A stretch of 64,000 nucleotides of DNA from Lishizhenia sp. (GTDB taxonomy: Bacteria > Bacteroidota > Bacteroidia > Flavobacteriales_D > Crocinitomicaceae), in NCBI GenBank assembly GCA_049609045.1, contig JBMYYC010000006.1, positions 398 to 64,397 on the forward strand, read 5' to 3'. Positions 41,696 to 50,835 of this stretch are shown here, in pieces. The translations under genes were made by a program, and so were the position numbers. Position 1 is the stretch's first letter. The number at the start of each line of letters is the position of its first letter. The notes under the pieces were generated by a model that saw nothing but the letters and a program-made list of their open reading frames with translations, did not search any database and was not told the DNA's origin.

Positions 41696-41954
41696 CCGTA
41701 AAAGTGTGATTTTTTTTGATTTCGAACTTCACTTACTTTTACTTACCTAAACCTAACTCTTCTCTTCATACTCTCGCTTTCTTCCGATACGCAGTAAGAA
41801 GAATTTCATGCGCCGCAGCTGTATCTTGATTTTCTCTTTGTATTTATTCTGATTCTCAAAACATAATCGTTCTAAGAAAGTCTATCTCGAATAATTGATT
41901 TGAAAGCACAATAGATCTCATTAAAGCAATCCTATTCCAATTTAAAAAAGCTAT

Positions 41955-42704
41955 CTAAGTAATACTTTGCAATATCTCACCTTTCCTTCTGACTGAAACT
42001 GGTATTTGCTCATCATCTGATAGTATCAAGAAGTGTCCTTCTTTATTCAAGTATTTTTTTACGTAATTTTTATTAACTAAATATGATTTATGCGTTCTTA
42101 AAAAAAGCTTTTTAGGTAAAATCTCTTCGATTTTTTTTAGGGTTTTTGCTACTACTAAAAAAGTTCCATCAATAAAATGAACTTTGGTGTAATTAATATC
42201 AGAAACACAATACTTGATGAGCATAGGTTTTACTAATTTATAACCTCCATAAATAGGAAATGCAACATTAGGGAATTCAGCGCGTCCGAACTCTAGATTG
42301 TCAATCAAAAGTTGAATGCGATCAACTTCGTATTTTTTAACGTGCTTATCTTCAAACTTTTTTACAGCAAAAATTAATTCTGCAGGTTTAATAGGCTTTA
42401 ACAGATAGTCAAGCGCGCTTTGCTTAATTGCTTCAACTCCATACTCAGAGTAGGCTGTAGTAAAGATGACATCAAAATTTACCTTTCCCAATTTCTTTAA
42501 AAGTGTAAATCCTCCCCCGTTCTTCATTCGAATGTCTAAAAAAACTAAATCGGGAACATATTCTTTAATCGACTTTTCAGCATCCTCTATGTTTGAACAC
42601 TTGTCTAGAATAATAAATTTATGACTAAAATATTTATTCAACATGAAGGTAAGCATGTCTAATGCTGGCTGTTCATCATCAATAATAATTACTCGTATCA
42701 CCAT
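41955..42704 (-). CDS. LytR/AlgR family response regulator
   Basis: IIDDE, VFLDI, FTTAY, DYLLKP; LytTR RTHKSYLVN. Confidence 0.92.
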   Translation of the reverse strand: MVIRVIIIDDEQPALDMLTFMLNKYFSHKFIILDKCSNIEDAEKSIKEYVPDLVFLDIRMKNGGGFTLLKKLGKVNFDVIFTTAYSEYGVEAIKQSALDYLLKPIKPAELIFAVKKFEDKHVKKYEVDRIQLLIDNLEFGRAEFPNVAFPIYGGYKLVKPMLIKYCVSDINYTKVHFIDGTFLVVAKTLKKIEEILPKKLFLRTHKSYLVNKNYVKKYLNKEGHFLILSDDEQIPVSVRRKGEILQSIT

Positions 42705-43204
42705 ACTAAGGTAAGCAGTTAATAAGTTGTAATCTCGGCAATTTATTTAGAGTACTGAAACTAACTTTTAACACCGTAATTTTGAAAAACAACGTTCAAT
42801 AAGTACATAAAAAACCCAACTTGCGATAACATAAAACGTGCTACACGGAATATAAATCTGATACAAATGAATTCAAAAATTAATTCGAAAAATGAAGATT
42901 TTAAAAGAAAGTAAACTTTCTCCTATTTTGAGTGCTGTTTATCCTAAAACAGAAAACACATCAACACTCACTAAAATAAATAGCGTTCTCATTCCTTAAC
43001 TCTGTCCGATTCAACAAGGTCTTTAACTAATGATTATAGATCTGGATTAAATTCGACAACCTTAATATGTTTATCTTTTTTTGATTTTCGTTCGATAAAG
43101 ACCTCTCTTGTGTCTAGGTTTAATAATTGAGACAACTATTTCTTAATTCCATTTTCAAGATTTGTTCTTTCAATTGTAGAGCTAGAGACTAGATTCTATA
43201 AAAC

Positions 43205-43241
43205 AAAAAAAAGACCTCAACATTGTTGAAGTCTTTTTTTT
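43205..43241 (-). terminator. Terminator of tRNA-Gln
   Basis: Minus strand AAGACTTCAACA-A-TGTTGAGGTCTT plus U-tract immediately after the tRNA. Confidence 0.8.
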
Positions 43242-43246
43242 AAGAG

Positions 43247-43319
43247 TTGTCCCACTAGGGCTCGAACCTAGACTCTTCGGTACCAAAAACCGACGTGTTG
43301 CCAGTTACACCATGGGACA
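43247..43319 (-). tRNA. tRNA-Gln (TTG)
   Basis: TGTCCCATGGTGTAACTGGCAACACGTCGGTTTTTGGTACCGAAGAGTCTAGGTTCGAGCCCTAGTGGGACAA: 7-bp acceptor stem, anticodon arm TCGGT-TT TTG GT-ACCGA, GTTCGA T-loop; CCA not encoded. Confidence 0.96.
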
Positions 43320-43329
43320 TTTGCGGTGG

Positions 43330-43360
43330 CAAAGATATATATAAAATTCTTTTCTCCAAA
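43330..43360 (-). promoter_or_regulatory. -33/-7 promoter of tRNA-Gln
   Basis: TTTG (43357-43360), 19-nt spacer, TATCTTTG (43330-43337): canonical Bacteroidota promoter. Confidence 0.8.
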
Positions 43361-43498
43361 TAGATTTTAGAGAAAAATAAGGAAGTTTCAAAAAACTGAA
43401 AATACTAGCTTAAAAATTAAGGTTTTAGCATTTTTTAGTTTTTTAGTTAACCCTTGTCTACCTAAAAGTTTTAAATTCGCAAGACTTATATAAAAAGT

Positions 43499-46400
43499 AT
43501 GAATTACAAAAAGCTCAATATTTCGTTAGGTTGGTTAGCATTTTTAATTGCCACAATCGTTTATTTCATTACTATTGAAGATACTGTTTCTCTCTGGGAT
43601 TGCGGAGAATATATAACAGCAGCATACAAACTAGAAGTTGGTCACCCACCAGGTGCTCCTCTATTTATGCTCTTTGGTAGGTTGTTTTCTTTCTTTGCCG
43701 AACCAGAAAATGTTGCACTTTGGATAAATCGTATGTCGGCACTATCTAGTTCTTTCAGCATACTTTTTATGTTTTGGACCATTACTATGCTCGGAAAGAA
43801 AATCGCTTTCAAAGACGAACAAGGCAAAATGGATAGTGATACAAGAAAAATGTCTAAAGGACAAATGATTGCAATACTCGGTAGCGGATTTGTTGGAGCC
43901 ATGGCTTACACATTCACAGAATCATTCTGGTTCTCTGCAGTTGAAGGAGAAGTATATGCAATGTCATCTCTATTTACAGCAGTTATATTCTGGGCATTAC
44001 TGAAATGGGACGAAGAAACAACAGCCATAAAACACGGAGAACTGACAGGAGAAATTAGACCCATGCGTTGGATGATTTTAATCATGTTCTTATTTGGATT
44101 AGCTATTGGGGTTCACTTACTTGGTTTACTTGTTTTACCTTGTATGGCATATGTAATCATGTTTAACTACAAACCGAAAATTTCAACTAAACAATTCTTC
44201 ATAACTGGAATAGTTGGTGTTTTTGTTTTAGCGTTCATTCAAAATGGAGTAATCCCTGGTACAATTGCTTTAGCTTCTTCAATGGAAGTGTTCTTTGTGA
44301 ATGTAATAGGTACAGGATTTATGGTTGGTGCTACAACCTTCTTCATATTACTAATAGCAGTATTAAGTCTTGGTTTAATTTATACTAGAAAAAAAGATTT
44401 CAAGTATGCAAATTCTGCCATTCTAGGATTAATTGTACTGTTTATAGGTTACGGTTCTTTTGCAACAATAGTTATCCGTTCAAATGCAAACACGCCTTTA
44501 GATGAAAATAACCCTGAAAATCTTGTTACGCTTCATGCTTATTTAAAACGAGAACAATACGGGTCTTGGCCTATTTCTTACGGACAATATTGGAATTCAA
44601 AAACCAACTACGAAGTAGATGGAAATACAGATAAATACAAAGACAGATCGCCTTTTTACGACAGAAGATATGTTGTTCTTAGCGCCGGTGGAAGCGAAGT
44701 GAAATCTTTTAAATTAGAGAAAGATGCAAATGCTTTTGCTAAAACAAATGCGAAATATACGGTTACAGAAAAATACTTCGAAACTAATAAAAACACACGA
44801 AAAAATCAGGTGCCAACTTATGCCCAAAATACATTTTTACCAAGAATGTACTGGAGCAATGATGCAAATAGAATTCAAGGCTATAAAAATTGGTCTGGCT
44901 ATGACGAAAACAGAAGGGTAGCTAAAAATATGCGTGGAAGCGATGATAGACCGCTACCAACTTTCGGGAATAATATGCAGTACATGGTAGACTACCAATT
45001 CGGTTGGATGTATTGGAGATATTTTATGTGGAATTTTGCAGGAAGACAAAATGATATTCAAGGTCATGACAAATCCGAATTTAGAGGAAATTATAAATCA
45101 GGTTTTGACTTTATTGATCAAACTCGTTTAGGAGCAACAGGAGAAAATGAATTTTTCGCATCTTCGAATAACCCGAGTAATAATAGCTTTTATTTCATTC
45201 CTTTAATTCTTGGATTAATTGGTTTGTTTTTCCACTTCCTAAAAGCGCCAAAAGATGCTTTTGTGGTATTACTTTTATTCCTTTTTACTGGTTTTGCAAT
45301 TGTAATTTACTTAAACCAAAAGCCTTATGAACCGCGAGAACGTGATTATGCTTATGCAGCTTCTTTTTACGCCTTCGCAATATGGATAGGTTTAGGAGTT
45401 TATGGATTGTTTGAAGCATACCGTTCATTTTCAAATGAAGATTACAAGAAAATGGGGACAGGTGCGTTTGCCGTACTTGGCTTATCTTTTATTGGTTACA
45501 TTTTTACTAGTGAGATTGGAGTGCTTCTTTCAGGAATTATAATTGTTGTATTCGCTTGCGGATCTCTTTTATTGATGGGCTTTCTTAGAAAAGGAATTCG
45601 CTCAAGAACCACAGGTGCCGCGGTAGCAACAACTCTTGGTTTAATTGCACCCATCATTTTAGGTGTGCAAGGTTGGGATGATCACGACAGAAGTAACCGA
45701 ACTGCAGCCAAAGATTTAGCGTACAACTATTTAGCAGGCTGTGCTAACAACAGTATTCTTTACACCAATGGAGATAACGATACGTTCCCGCTTTGGTATT
45801 TACAGGAAGTTGAAGGTATAAAAACCGATGTACGTGTGGCAAACCTTTCATTAATGCAAACAGATTGGTATACCAACCAAATGAAAATGAAAGCGTATGA
45901 TTCTGATCCTCTACCAATTGAGTTTACAGAAGAACAAATACTGATGGGAGCTGGAAATACAGATTATGTTGTTTTTGGTAACTATTTGGATATCTTATCA
46001 AGAACAAATCCTACATCAGTCAATAAGATTATTGAAGCAAAAATTGAGAATAATCAAAATGCGTACAACGCAGCACTTTCAAATGTAAGAAGAGGTTTGG
46101 CTGGAGCATTACAAGGCATGAAAGCGAAAGATGTAAAAATCTCTGGCGTTATACCTGTTTTAATCGAACAACTTAATCAACCTATAATTACAGGTACTGT
46201 TGATGATTATAATGCAACGATTAAGGTAATGGATCAAGTGTTCAAACTTGTACAAAATGGTCAACTAGAGGGCAATCAACAAATCTACACTTCGCTTAAT
46301 CAAGCGAGAGAAAATTGGTTAACCACTTGGGATTATCTTCCTATTGATTTAGCGATGGATTTCGTTAAAGATGATGCCAATGCATTGGAAAGACAAGGAG

Positions 46401-47614
46401 GTAGCAAGATGCGATTCTTCCCTTCTAAAGGCTTTATACTTCCTGTTGAAGCGGAAAACGCTGTTGCATCAGGAGTTATTGAGGCAGCTGATATTGTTAA
46501 CTGTGAGAAAGAAATTAGATTTGATTTTAAAGCTGGTAGAATATTTAGATCTGATGTACAAGGATTATCTAGAGAAGAAGTAATGATGATGGATATCTTA
46601 GCTAACAACGACTGGAAAAGAGGTACGTACTTTTCTTCCCCTGGAGGTTCTGATGTAGCAAAAGCATTGTATTCTAAAAATAGAATCGTTTCTGTAGGTT
46701 TAGTAAGTGTTCTATCTCCACTAAAATTAGATGTTTCTGCAGACAGAGCAAGAACTGAAACGTTTAAAAACATGACAGAAGTATATCGTTACGGTAACCT
46801 ACAAGACGGTGCGTTAGCAGATTACTATGTAAGAAGACATACCAACCAGTTTAGAAGTAGTTTCAATGATTTAGCGTATAACTATTTGGCAAAAGCAGAT
46901 AGAGAAGTAACGAATAAAATAAGACAAAATGAAATGATGCTTGAACGTTTATCAAATGCTCAAGTTGAAAATAAAGACATACTTCGCGATTCGTTAATGA
47001 ACGAAACGACTAATTTAAAATCAAGTGCTCAAGCCTACAAGGATAGCGCTAGTATGGTAATTAAAAAGTCTTTGGCTGCTTTGCCTATAAATTCAGTGCT
47101 TGACATGGGAGAACCAAGAGAAGGTCAAATGCTCGAATTAAAAATTATAGAAAACGGTAGAGAAACAAATAAACCGATTGGAAGAATTACAGAAGATGGT
47201 TCTGTTGCAAACTATATCTTTATGCTTTATGAAGCGGGAGATATAGAAGCAGGAGAAAAATTAGCAAACGAGTACCTCGACCAATTAGAAACGTATTTGA
47301 ACTATTATGAAAACTCTGATGGTTTAATCGCTAATAGAAACAAGAAAGACTTCTTCTCTTTCGTTAATAATATCTTAAATGTTGTAGGTGTAGTTTATTC
47401 GCATGACGAAAGTAAAGATATCGCCGTAAGAGCAATAGGAATGGAACAAAGACTAAGTACGGTAATCGTTCCTAAAATAATAGATGCAATTGTAAACTCT
47501 CAAAGTAGCAGCTCTAAGGCTAGAAATGAAGCTAGAAGAGAAGCTACCACATTTGAAATGACTTACAAAGCTCTAGAGCAATTGCGCCTAGGATATCCTG
47601 CTTTAGAAGAATAA
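43499..47614 (+). CDS. DUF2723 / TMEM260-like multi-TM glycosyltransferase
   Basis: WDCGEYI...VGHPPGAP, AVEGEVYA, PRERDYAY, NGDNDTFPLWY. Confidence 0.9.
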   Translation: MNYKKLNISLGWLAFLIATIVYFITIEDTVSLWDCGEYITAAYKLEVGHPPGAPLFMLFGRLFSFFAEPENVALWINRMSALSSSFSILFMFWTITMLGKKIAFKDEQGKMDSDTRKMSKGQMIAILGSGFVGAMAYTFTESFWFSAVEGEVYAMSSLFTAVIFWALLKWDEETTAIKHGELTGEIRPMRWMILIMFLFGLAIGVHLLGLLVLPCMAYVIMFNYKPKISTKQFFITGIVGVFVLAFIQNGVIPGTIALASSMEVFFVNVIGTGFMVGATTFFILLIAVLSLGLIYTRKKDFKYANSAILGLIVLFIGYGSFATIVIRSNANTPLDENNPENLVTLHAYLKREQYGSWPISYGQYWNSKTNYEVDGNTDKYKDRSPFYDRRYVVLSAGGSEVKSFKLEKDANAFAKTNAKYTVTEKYFETNKNTRKNQVPTYAQNTFLPRMYWSNDANRIQGYKNWSGYDENRRVAKNMRGSDDRPLPTFGNNMQYMVDYQFGWMYWRYFMWNFAGRQNDIQGHDKSEFRGNYKSGFDFIDQTRLGATGENEFFASSNNPSNNSFYFIPLILGLIGLFFHFLKAPKDAFVVLLLFLFTGFAIVIYLNQKPYEPRERDYAYAASFYAFAIWIGLGVYGLFEAYRSFSNEDYKKMGTGAFAVLGLSFIGYIFTSEIGVLLSGIIIVVFACGSLLLMGFLRKGIRSRTTGAAVATTLGLIAPIILGVQGWDDHDRSNRTAAKDLAYNYLAGCANNSILYTNGDNDTFPLWYLQEVEGIKTDVRVANLSLMQTDWYTNQMKMKAYDSDPLPIEFTEEQILMGAGNTDYVVFGNYLDILSRTNPTSVNKIIEAKIENNQNAYNAALSNVRRGLAGALQGMKAKDVKISGVIPVLIEQLNQPIITGTVDDYNATIKVMDQVFKLVQNGQLEGNQQIYTSLNQARENWLTTWDYLPIDLAMDFVKDDANALERQGGSKMRFFPSKGFILPVEAENAVASGVIEAADIVNCEKEIRFDFKAGRIFRSDVQGLSREEVMMMDILANNDWKRGTYFSSPGGSDVAKALYSKNRIVSVGLVSVLSPLKLDVSADRARTETFKNMTEVYRYGNLQDGALADYYVRRHTNQFRSSFNDLAYNYLAKADREVTNKIRQNEMMLERLSNAQVENKDILRDSLMNETTNLKSSAQAYKDSASMVIKKSLAALPINSVLDMGEPREGQMLELKIIENGRETNKPIGRITEDGSVANYIFMLYEAGDIEAGEKLANEYLDQLETYLNYYENSDGLIANRNKKDFFSFVNNILNVVGVVYSHDESKDIAVRAIGMEQRLSTVIVPKIIDAIVNSQSSSSKARNEARREATTFEMTYKALEQLRLGYPALEE

Positions 47615-47620
47615 AGACCG

Positions 47621-48241
47621 ATGAAACTTTTTAGAACTCCACGCTTTTTTAAATGGGTTTTCCCAAAAAAAACGTGGAGTTTTTCTGTTAGTACGCCTAG
47701 TGTTTACCTTACCTTTGATGACGGACCAATACCAGAAGTTACTCCAAAAATTCTAGACTATTTAAAGCAAAAACAATTCAAAGCTACTTTTTTCTGCGTA
47801 GGAGAAAATGTACGAAAACATCCTGAGCTATTTGAAAGAATTAAAGAAGAAGGCCATTCAATCGGAAACCATACTCAATACCACAACAACTCAAAACACA
47901 CAGATAAACTTTCTTATCTATCAAGCTACGAAAAAGGAAAAGAAACTGTAAATTCTCTGTTATTTAGACCTCCGTACGGACGACTTAATATATCCCGAAC
48001 CAATAAAATAGCTAAAACCAGCAAAATAATTATGTGGACCTTATTGAGTTACGATTGGGATCAATCTGTTTCGCTACGTACCATTAAAAATAAAATAAAA
48101 ACGTTGAGAGCTGGAGATATCGTGGTACTTCACGATAATTTGAAGTCGGCCAACCGCGTTCTTCCCATATTAGAAATGATAGCTCAAGAAATAGAATCTA
48201 AAAATCTCACTACAAGCGTCATTATTTCAAAGACACAGTAG
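47621..48241 (+). CDS. Polysaccharide deacetylase (CE4/NodB)
   Basis: TFDDGP, GNHTQYH, FRPPYG, VLHD. Confidence 0.92.
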   Translation: MKLFRTPRFFKWVFPKKTWSFSVSTPSVYLTFDDGPIPEVTPKILDYLKQKQFKATFFCVGENVRKHPELFERIKEEGHSIGNHTQYHNNSKHTDKLSYLSSYEKGKETVNSLLFRPPYGRLNISRTNKIAKTSKIIMWTLLSYDWDQSVSLRTIKNKIKTLRAGDIVVLHDNLKSANRVLPILEMIAQEIESKNLTTSVIISKTQ

Positions 48242-48245
48242 TAAA

Positions 48246-48752
48246 CTACTTCGGTTTTTTATAAATTGGAACAGTAGAACACGGTTCTCCGTACATGAGC
48301 GACTTAACGTGTGGTTGAAGAAAAGAAACCAAGTAACTCATTGCAAAATTTGGTACTGCGATATCTGCACAACCTTTCACAATAACACGTTCTTCTACAA
48401 ATGAATCTATATCTAATTTTTCAATTTCTATTTGAATTAGCTTTTTCGCCATCTCGTCTACAGAACCAACAAGATGTTCTATTTGATGCGTTTGAAGATA
48501 AGAAACAACAAGCATATACGCCCAAGTTGGAACAATAGCATCAACCGAACACAAAATTACTACTGCTTTATCTTCGAACTGTTTCCAATCAAAAGATTTA
48601 AGCGCCATTCGGTAGTCTTTTTCCTTTAGAATAAGTTCTTGCCACAAAAAATCTTTGATGTCAAAAATTACAATACTCTTTTTCGGTTTAAAATTGGCTA
48701 AATCCAAGGTTTTTAATCCGCTATCTGCAACTTTATTTACAATCTCTTCCAT
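48246..48752 (-). CDS. DUF2480 family protein
   Basis: EIVNKVA.SGL, DAIVPTWAYML, MYGEPCSTVP. Confidence 0.88.
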   Translation of the reverse strand: MEEIVNKVADSGLKTLDLANFKPKKSIVIFDIKDFLWQELILKEKDYRMALKSFDWKQFEDKAVVILCSVDAIVPTWAYMLVVSYLQTHQIEHLVGSVDEMAKKLIQIEIEKLDIDSFVEERVIVKGCADIAVPNFAMSYLVSFLQPHVKSLMYGEPCSTVPIYKKPK

Positions 48753-48802
48753 GACATCAAAATATTTCTCTACTTTTAAAATCCAGTTACAAATTTAATC
48801 AA

Positions 48803-49264
48803 ATGAGAATCTTTACCACTTTATTTTTAGCAATAACAGTTGCTTTGTTACATTCTTGCAGTTCACCTGAAGATAAATTAGTCGGACAATGGGAATATGA
48901 TTCTTATGAAATTGATCCCTCTGGATTAGGCGCATTATCTCAATTCATTCCTCAAAATATAAAAGACGAAATGGATAATTACATAGCAGAAGCAGGAAAT
49001 TTCTCAAAAGGAAACTACAACTTTAGAGCGGATGGTACTTTTGAAAGCGCATACACTGGAGTTGCAAAAGATTTCACAAAAAAAGCCGGACATTTTTCAC
49101 TTTCGCCCGACGGCAAAATACTCACACTGAAAACAAATGGAGTAGAAAAACAATCTCATTTACTCGAACTTACAGAGACTCACTTTACAGAAGTTTGGGA
49201 ACTAAAAGAATATCAGTTACCCATAAAAATCAACCTCCGTTACAGAAAAGTAATTATGAACTAA
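48803..49264 (+). CDS. Lipocalin-like lipoprotein
   Basis: Lipobox HSC, KLVGQW, F.ADGTF. Confidence 0.65.
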   Translation: MRIFTTLFLAITVALLHSCSSPEDKLVGQWEYDSYEIDPSGLGALSQFIPQNIKDEMDNYIAEAGNFSKGNYNFRADGTFESAYTGVAKDFTKKAGHFSLSPDGKILTLKTNGVEKQSHLLELTETHFTEVWELKEYQLPIKINLRYRKVIMN

Positions 49265-49267
49265 AAT

Positions 49268-49297
49268 AAAAAAGGATGGCTCTTGTATAACCATCCT
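49268..49297 (-). terminator. Terminator between convergent genes
   Basis: AGGATGG...CCATCCT stem with a U-tract on the minus strand. Confidence 0.6.
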
Positions 49298-49304
49298 ATT
49301 CATT

Positions 49305-49616
49305 TTATAAAAATCCTAACTCTAATTTCGCTTCTTCGCTCATCATGTCTTTATCCCACGGTGGATCAAATACAATTTCTACTTTAGATGATTTTACTTG
49401 TTCAATTGCTGCAACTTTGTCTTCCACCTCTTTAGGCATAGATTCTGCTACCGGACAATTTGGAGACGTTAATGTCATATCAATAAAAACATTGTTCTCT
49501 TTATCAATCTTCACTTCATAGATCAAACCCAATTCATAAATATCCACAGGTATCTCCGGATCATGTATTGTTTTTAAAACATCTACTATTGTATTTTCTA
49601 GCTCTTTCTTTGTCAT
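49305..49616 (-). CDS. SUF system Fe-S assembly protein (DUF59/SufT-like)
   Basis: DPEIPVDIYELGLIY, MTLTSPNCP, FDPPW. Confidence 0.92.
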   Translation of the reverse strand: MTKKELENTIVDVLKTIHDPEIPVDIYELGLIYEVKIDKENNVFIDMTLTSPNCPVAESMPKEVEDKVAAIEQVKSSKVEIVFDPPWDKDMMSEEAKLELGFL

Positions 49617-49822
49617 AACACTTCCTAAAAGTGGTGCAAAATTAATTCAAATTTCTTTGCAGTCACATTTATGCTTGTCCAATCTATTTCGTTTTGAAGA
49701 TTTCTTATAAAAAAGTTCTCTTACGCTACTTAAACAGGTCCAGTAAAAAAGAAAATTGTATCCAAATTACAATTCGGCCGAAATAATCAAAAAAAACTAT
49801 TGGTTCAATACCACAAATTCGG

Positions 49823-49830
49823 TATTTTTG
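49823..49830 (+). promoter_or_regulatory. -7 promoter element (TATTTTTG) of the iscA-suf operon
   Basis: TAnnTTTG consensus 66 nt before the iscA ATG. Confidence 0.6.
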
Positions 49831-49846
49831 CAATGATATTTGCTTC

Positions 49847-49867
49847 TATTTAAAATTAATCTAAATA
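49847..49867. promoter_or_regulatory. Putative iron-responsive (Fur-type) operator
   Basis: TATTTAAAATTAATCTAAATA imperfect palindrome just downstream of the suf promoter. Confidence 0.6.
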
Positions 49868-49896
49868 AAAGCGAAGAGAATTAAAGTAGAATTAAC

Positions 49897-50220
49897 ATGA
49901 TAACAGTAACAGAAAAAGCGAAGAATCAAGCTATTAAATTAATGGCAGAGGAAGGTCAAGACGGCTACTTTATACGTGTTGGTGTTGAAGGAGGTGGATG
50001 CTCAGGTTTGATGTATCAATTAAAATTTGACAACGAAGATAAAGAAGGCGATAAAGCATTTGAAGATAACGGAATAAAAGTAGTAGTAGACAAAAAGAGT
50101 TTCTTGTACTTAGTAGGTACAACATTAGATTTCTCTGGAGGATTGAACGGAAAAGGATTCACATTTACCAACCCCAATGCAGGAAGAACTTGCGGATGTG
50201 GGGAGTCGTTTTCATTATAA
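49897..50220 (+). CDS. iscA: HesB/IscA/SufA A-type Fe-S carrier
   Basis: GGGCSG, NPNA..TCGCGESF. Confidence 0.93.
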   Translation: MITVTEKAKNQAIKLMAEEGQDGYFIRVGVEGGGCSGLMYQLKFDNEDKEGDKAFEDNGIKVVVDKKSFLYLVGTTLDFSGGLNGKGFTFTNPNAGRTCGCGESFSL

Positions 50221-50232
50221 TTGGTAAGACCT

Positions 50233-50295
50233 ATTAGCGATTTGCAATTAGCCATTAGCGATTAGCAATTAGCAATTAGCAATTAGCAATTAGCA
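50233..50295. repeat. Heptamer tandem array, 9 units (ATTAGCG ATTTGCA ATTAGCC ATTAGCG ATTAGCA x5)
   Basis: Read directly between the iscA stop and the four-helix-bundle start. Confidence 0.97.
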
Positions 50296-50310
50296 AAAGA
50301 AGAATTAAAA

Positions 50311-50799
50311 ATGGCAAATATTCAGAAAATAGAAGATATACAAATTTGGAAGGATGCACGAATTCTTTGTCAACAGGTTTGGAAATATATCAACTATCCT
50401 GAATTTAAAAAATCGTTTGCTTTAGTGAATCAAATAGATAGATCTAGCGGTTCAGTTATGGACAATGTAGCTGAAGGTTTTGAAAGGTCAGGAAAAAGAG
50501 AATTCATACAATTCTTAAGTATTGCTAAGGGCTCTTGTGGAGAAACCAAATCACAGTTAATAAGAGCACTTGATAGAAGTTTGATTAGCCAACTAGAATT
50601 TGAAACTTCCTACAAATTATGTCAAAATATTTTAAAACAACTTCAATCATTCATTGGCTATTTAAAAAAACAAGAGAATAAAGGATACAAGTTCGAAGAA
50701 CCAATTATTGAATATAAAAAATTAGAAAATTCGGCAGACATATTTGCTAATGGCAAACTGCAAATTGCCAATTATGATAAAAAAGAGTCTGAGAATTAA
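50311..50799 (+). CDS. Four-helix-bundle protein (23S rRNA IVP / TIGR02436 family)
   Basis: EDIQIWKDAR, NQIDRSSGSVMDNVAEGFER, EFIQFLSIAKGSCGETKSQL; C-terminal extension. Confidence 0.93.
   Translation: MANIQKIEDIQIWKDARILCQQVWKYINYPEFKKSFALVNQIDRSSGSVMDNVAEGFERSGKREFIQFLSIAKGSCGETKSQLIRALDRSLISQLEFETSYKLCQNILKQLQSFIGYLKKQENKGYKFEEPIIEYKKLENSADIFANGKLQIANYDKKESEN
50745..50772. repeat. Heptamer array inverted relative to 50233-50295 (TGCTAAT GGCAAAC TGCAAAT TGCCAAT)
   Basis: Read directly; lies inside the C-terminal tail of the four-helix ORF. Confidence 0.85.
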
Positions 50800-50801
50800 T
50801 T

Positions 50802-50829
50802 TTCCAATCTCGAATTTCAAATTTCAAAT
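50802..50829. repeat. Second-family heptamer array (TTCCAAT CTCGAAT TTCAAAT TTCAAAT)
   Basis: Read directly, just before the sufB ATG. Confidence 0.75.
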
Positions 50830-50835
50830 TATAAC

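Noticed and set aside
41923-41940. Sigma54-like TTGGAATAGGATTGCT on the minus strand
   Set aside because: GG-to-GC spacing is 9 nt rather than the required 10.
50016-50255. 79-aa minus-strand ORF (MANCKSLI...)
   Set aside because: Begins in the repeat array and is antisense to iscA; spurious.
50233-50295. Heptamer arrays as CRISPR or simple phase-variation microsatellites
   Set aside because: No spacers or cas genes. The main arrays are intergenic and have inverted partners, which a plain contingency-locus model does not explain.
50311-50799. Avd of a diversity-generating retroelement, or a true 23S rRNA IVS
   Set aside because: No reverse transcriptase, TR/VR pair or rRNA sequence is present in the window.
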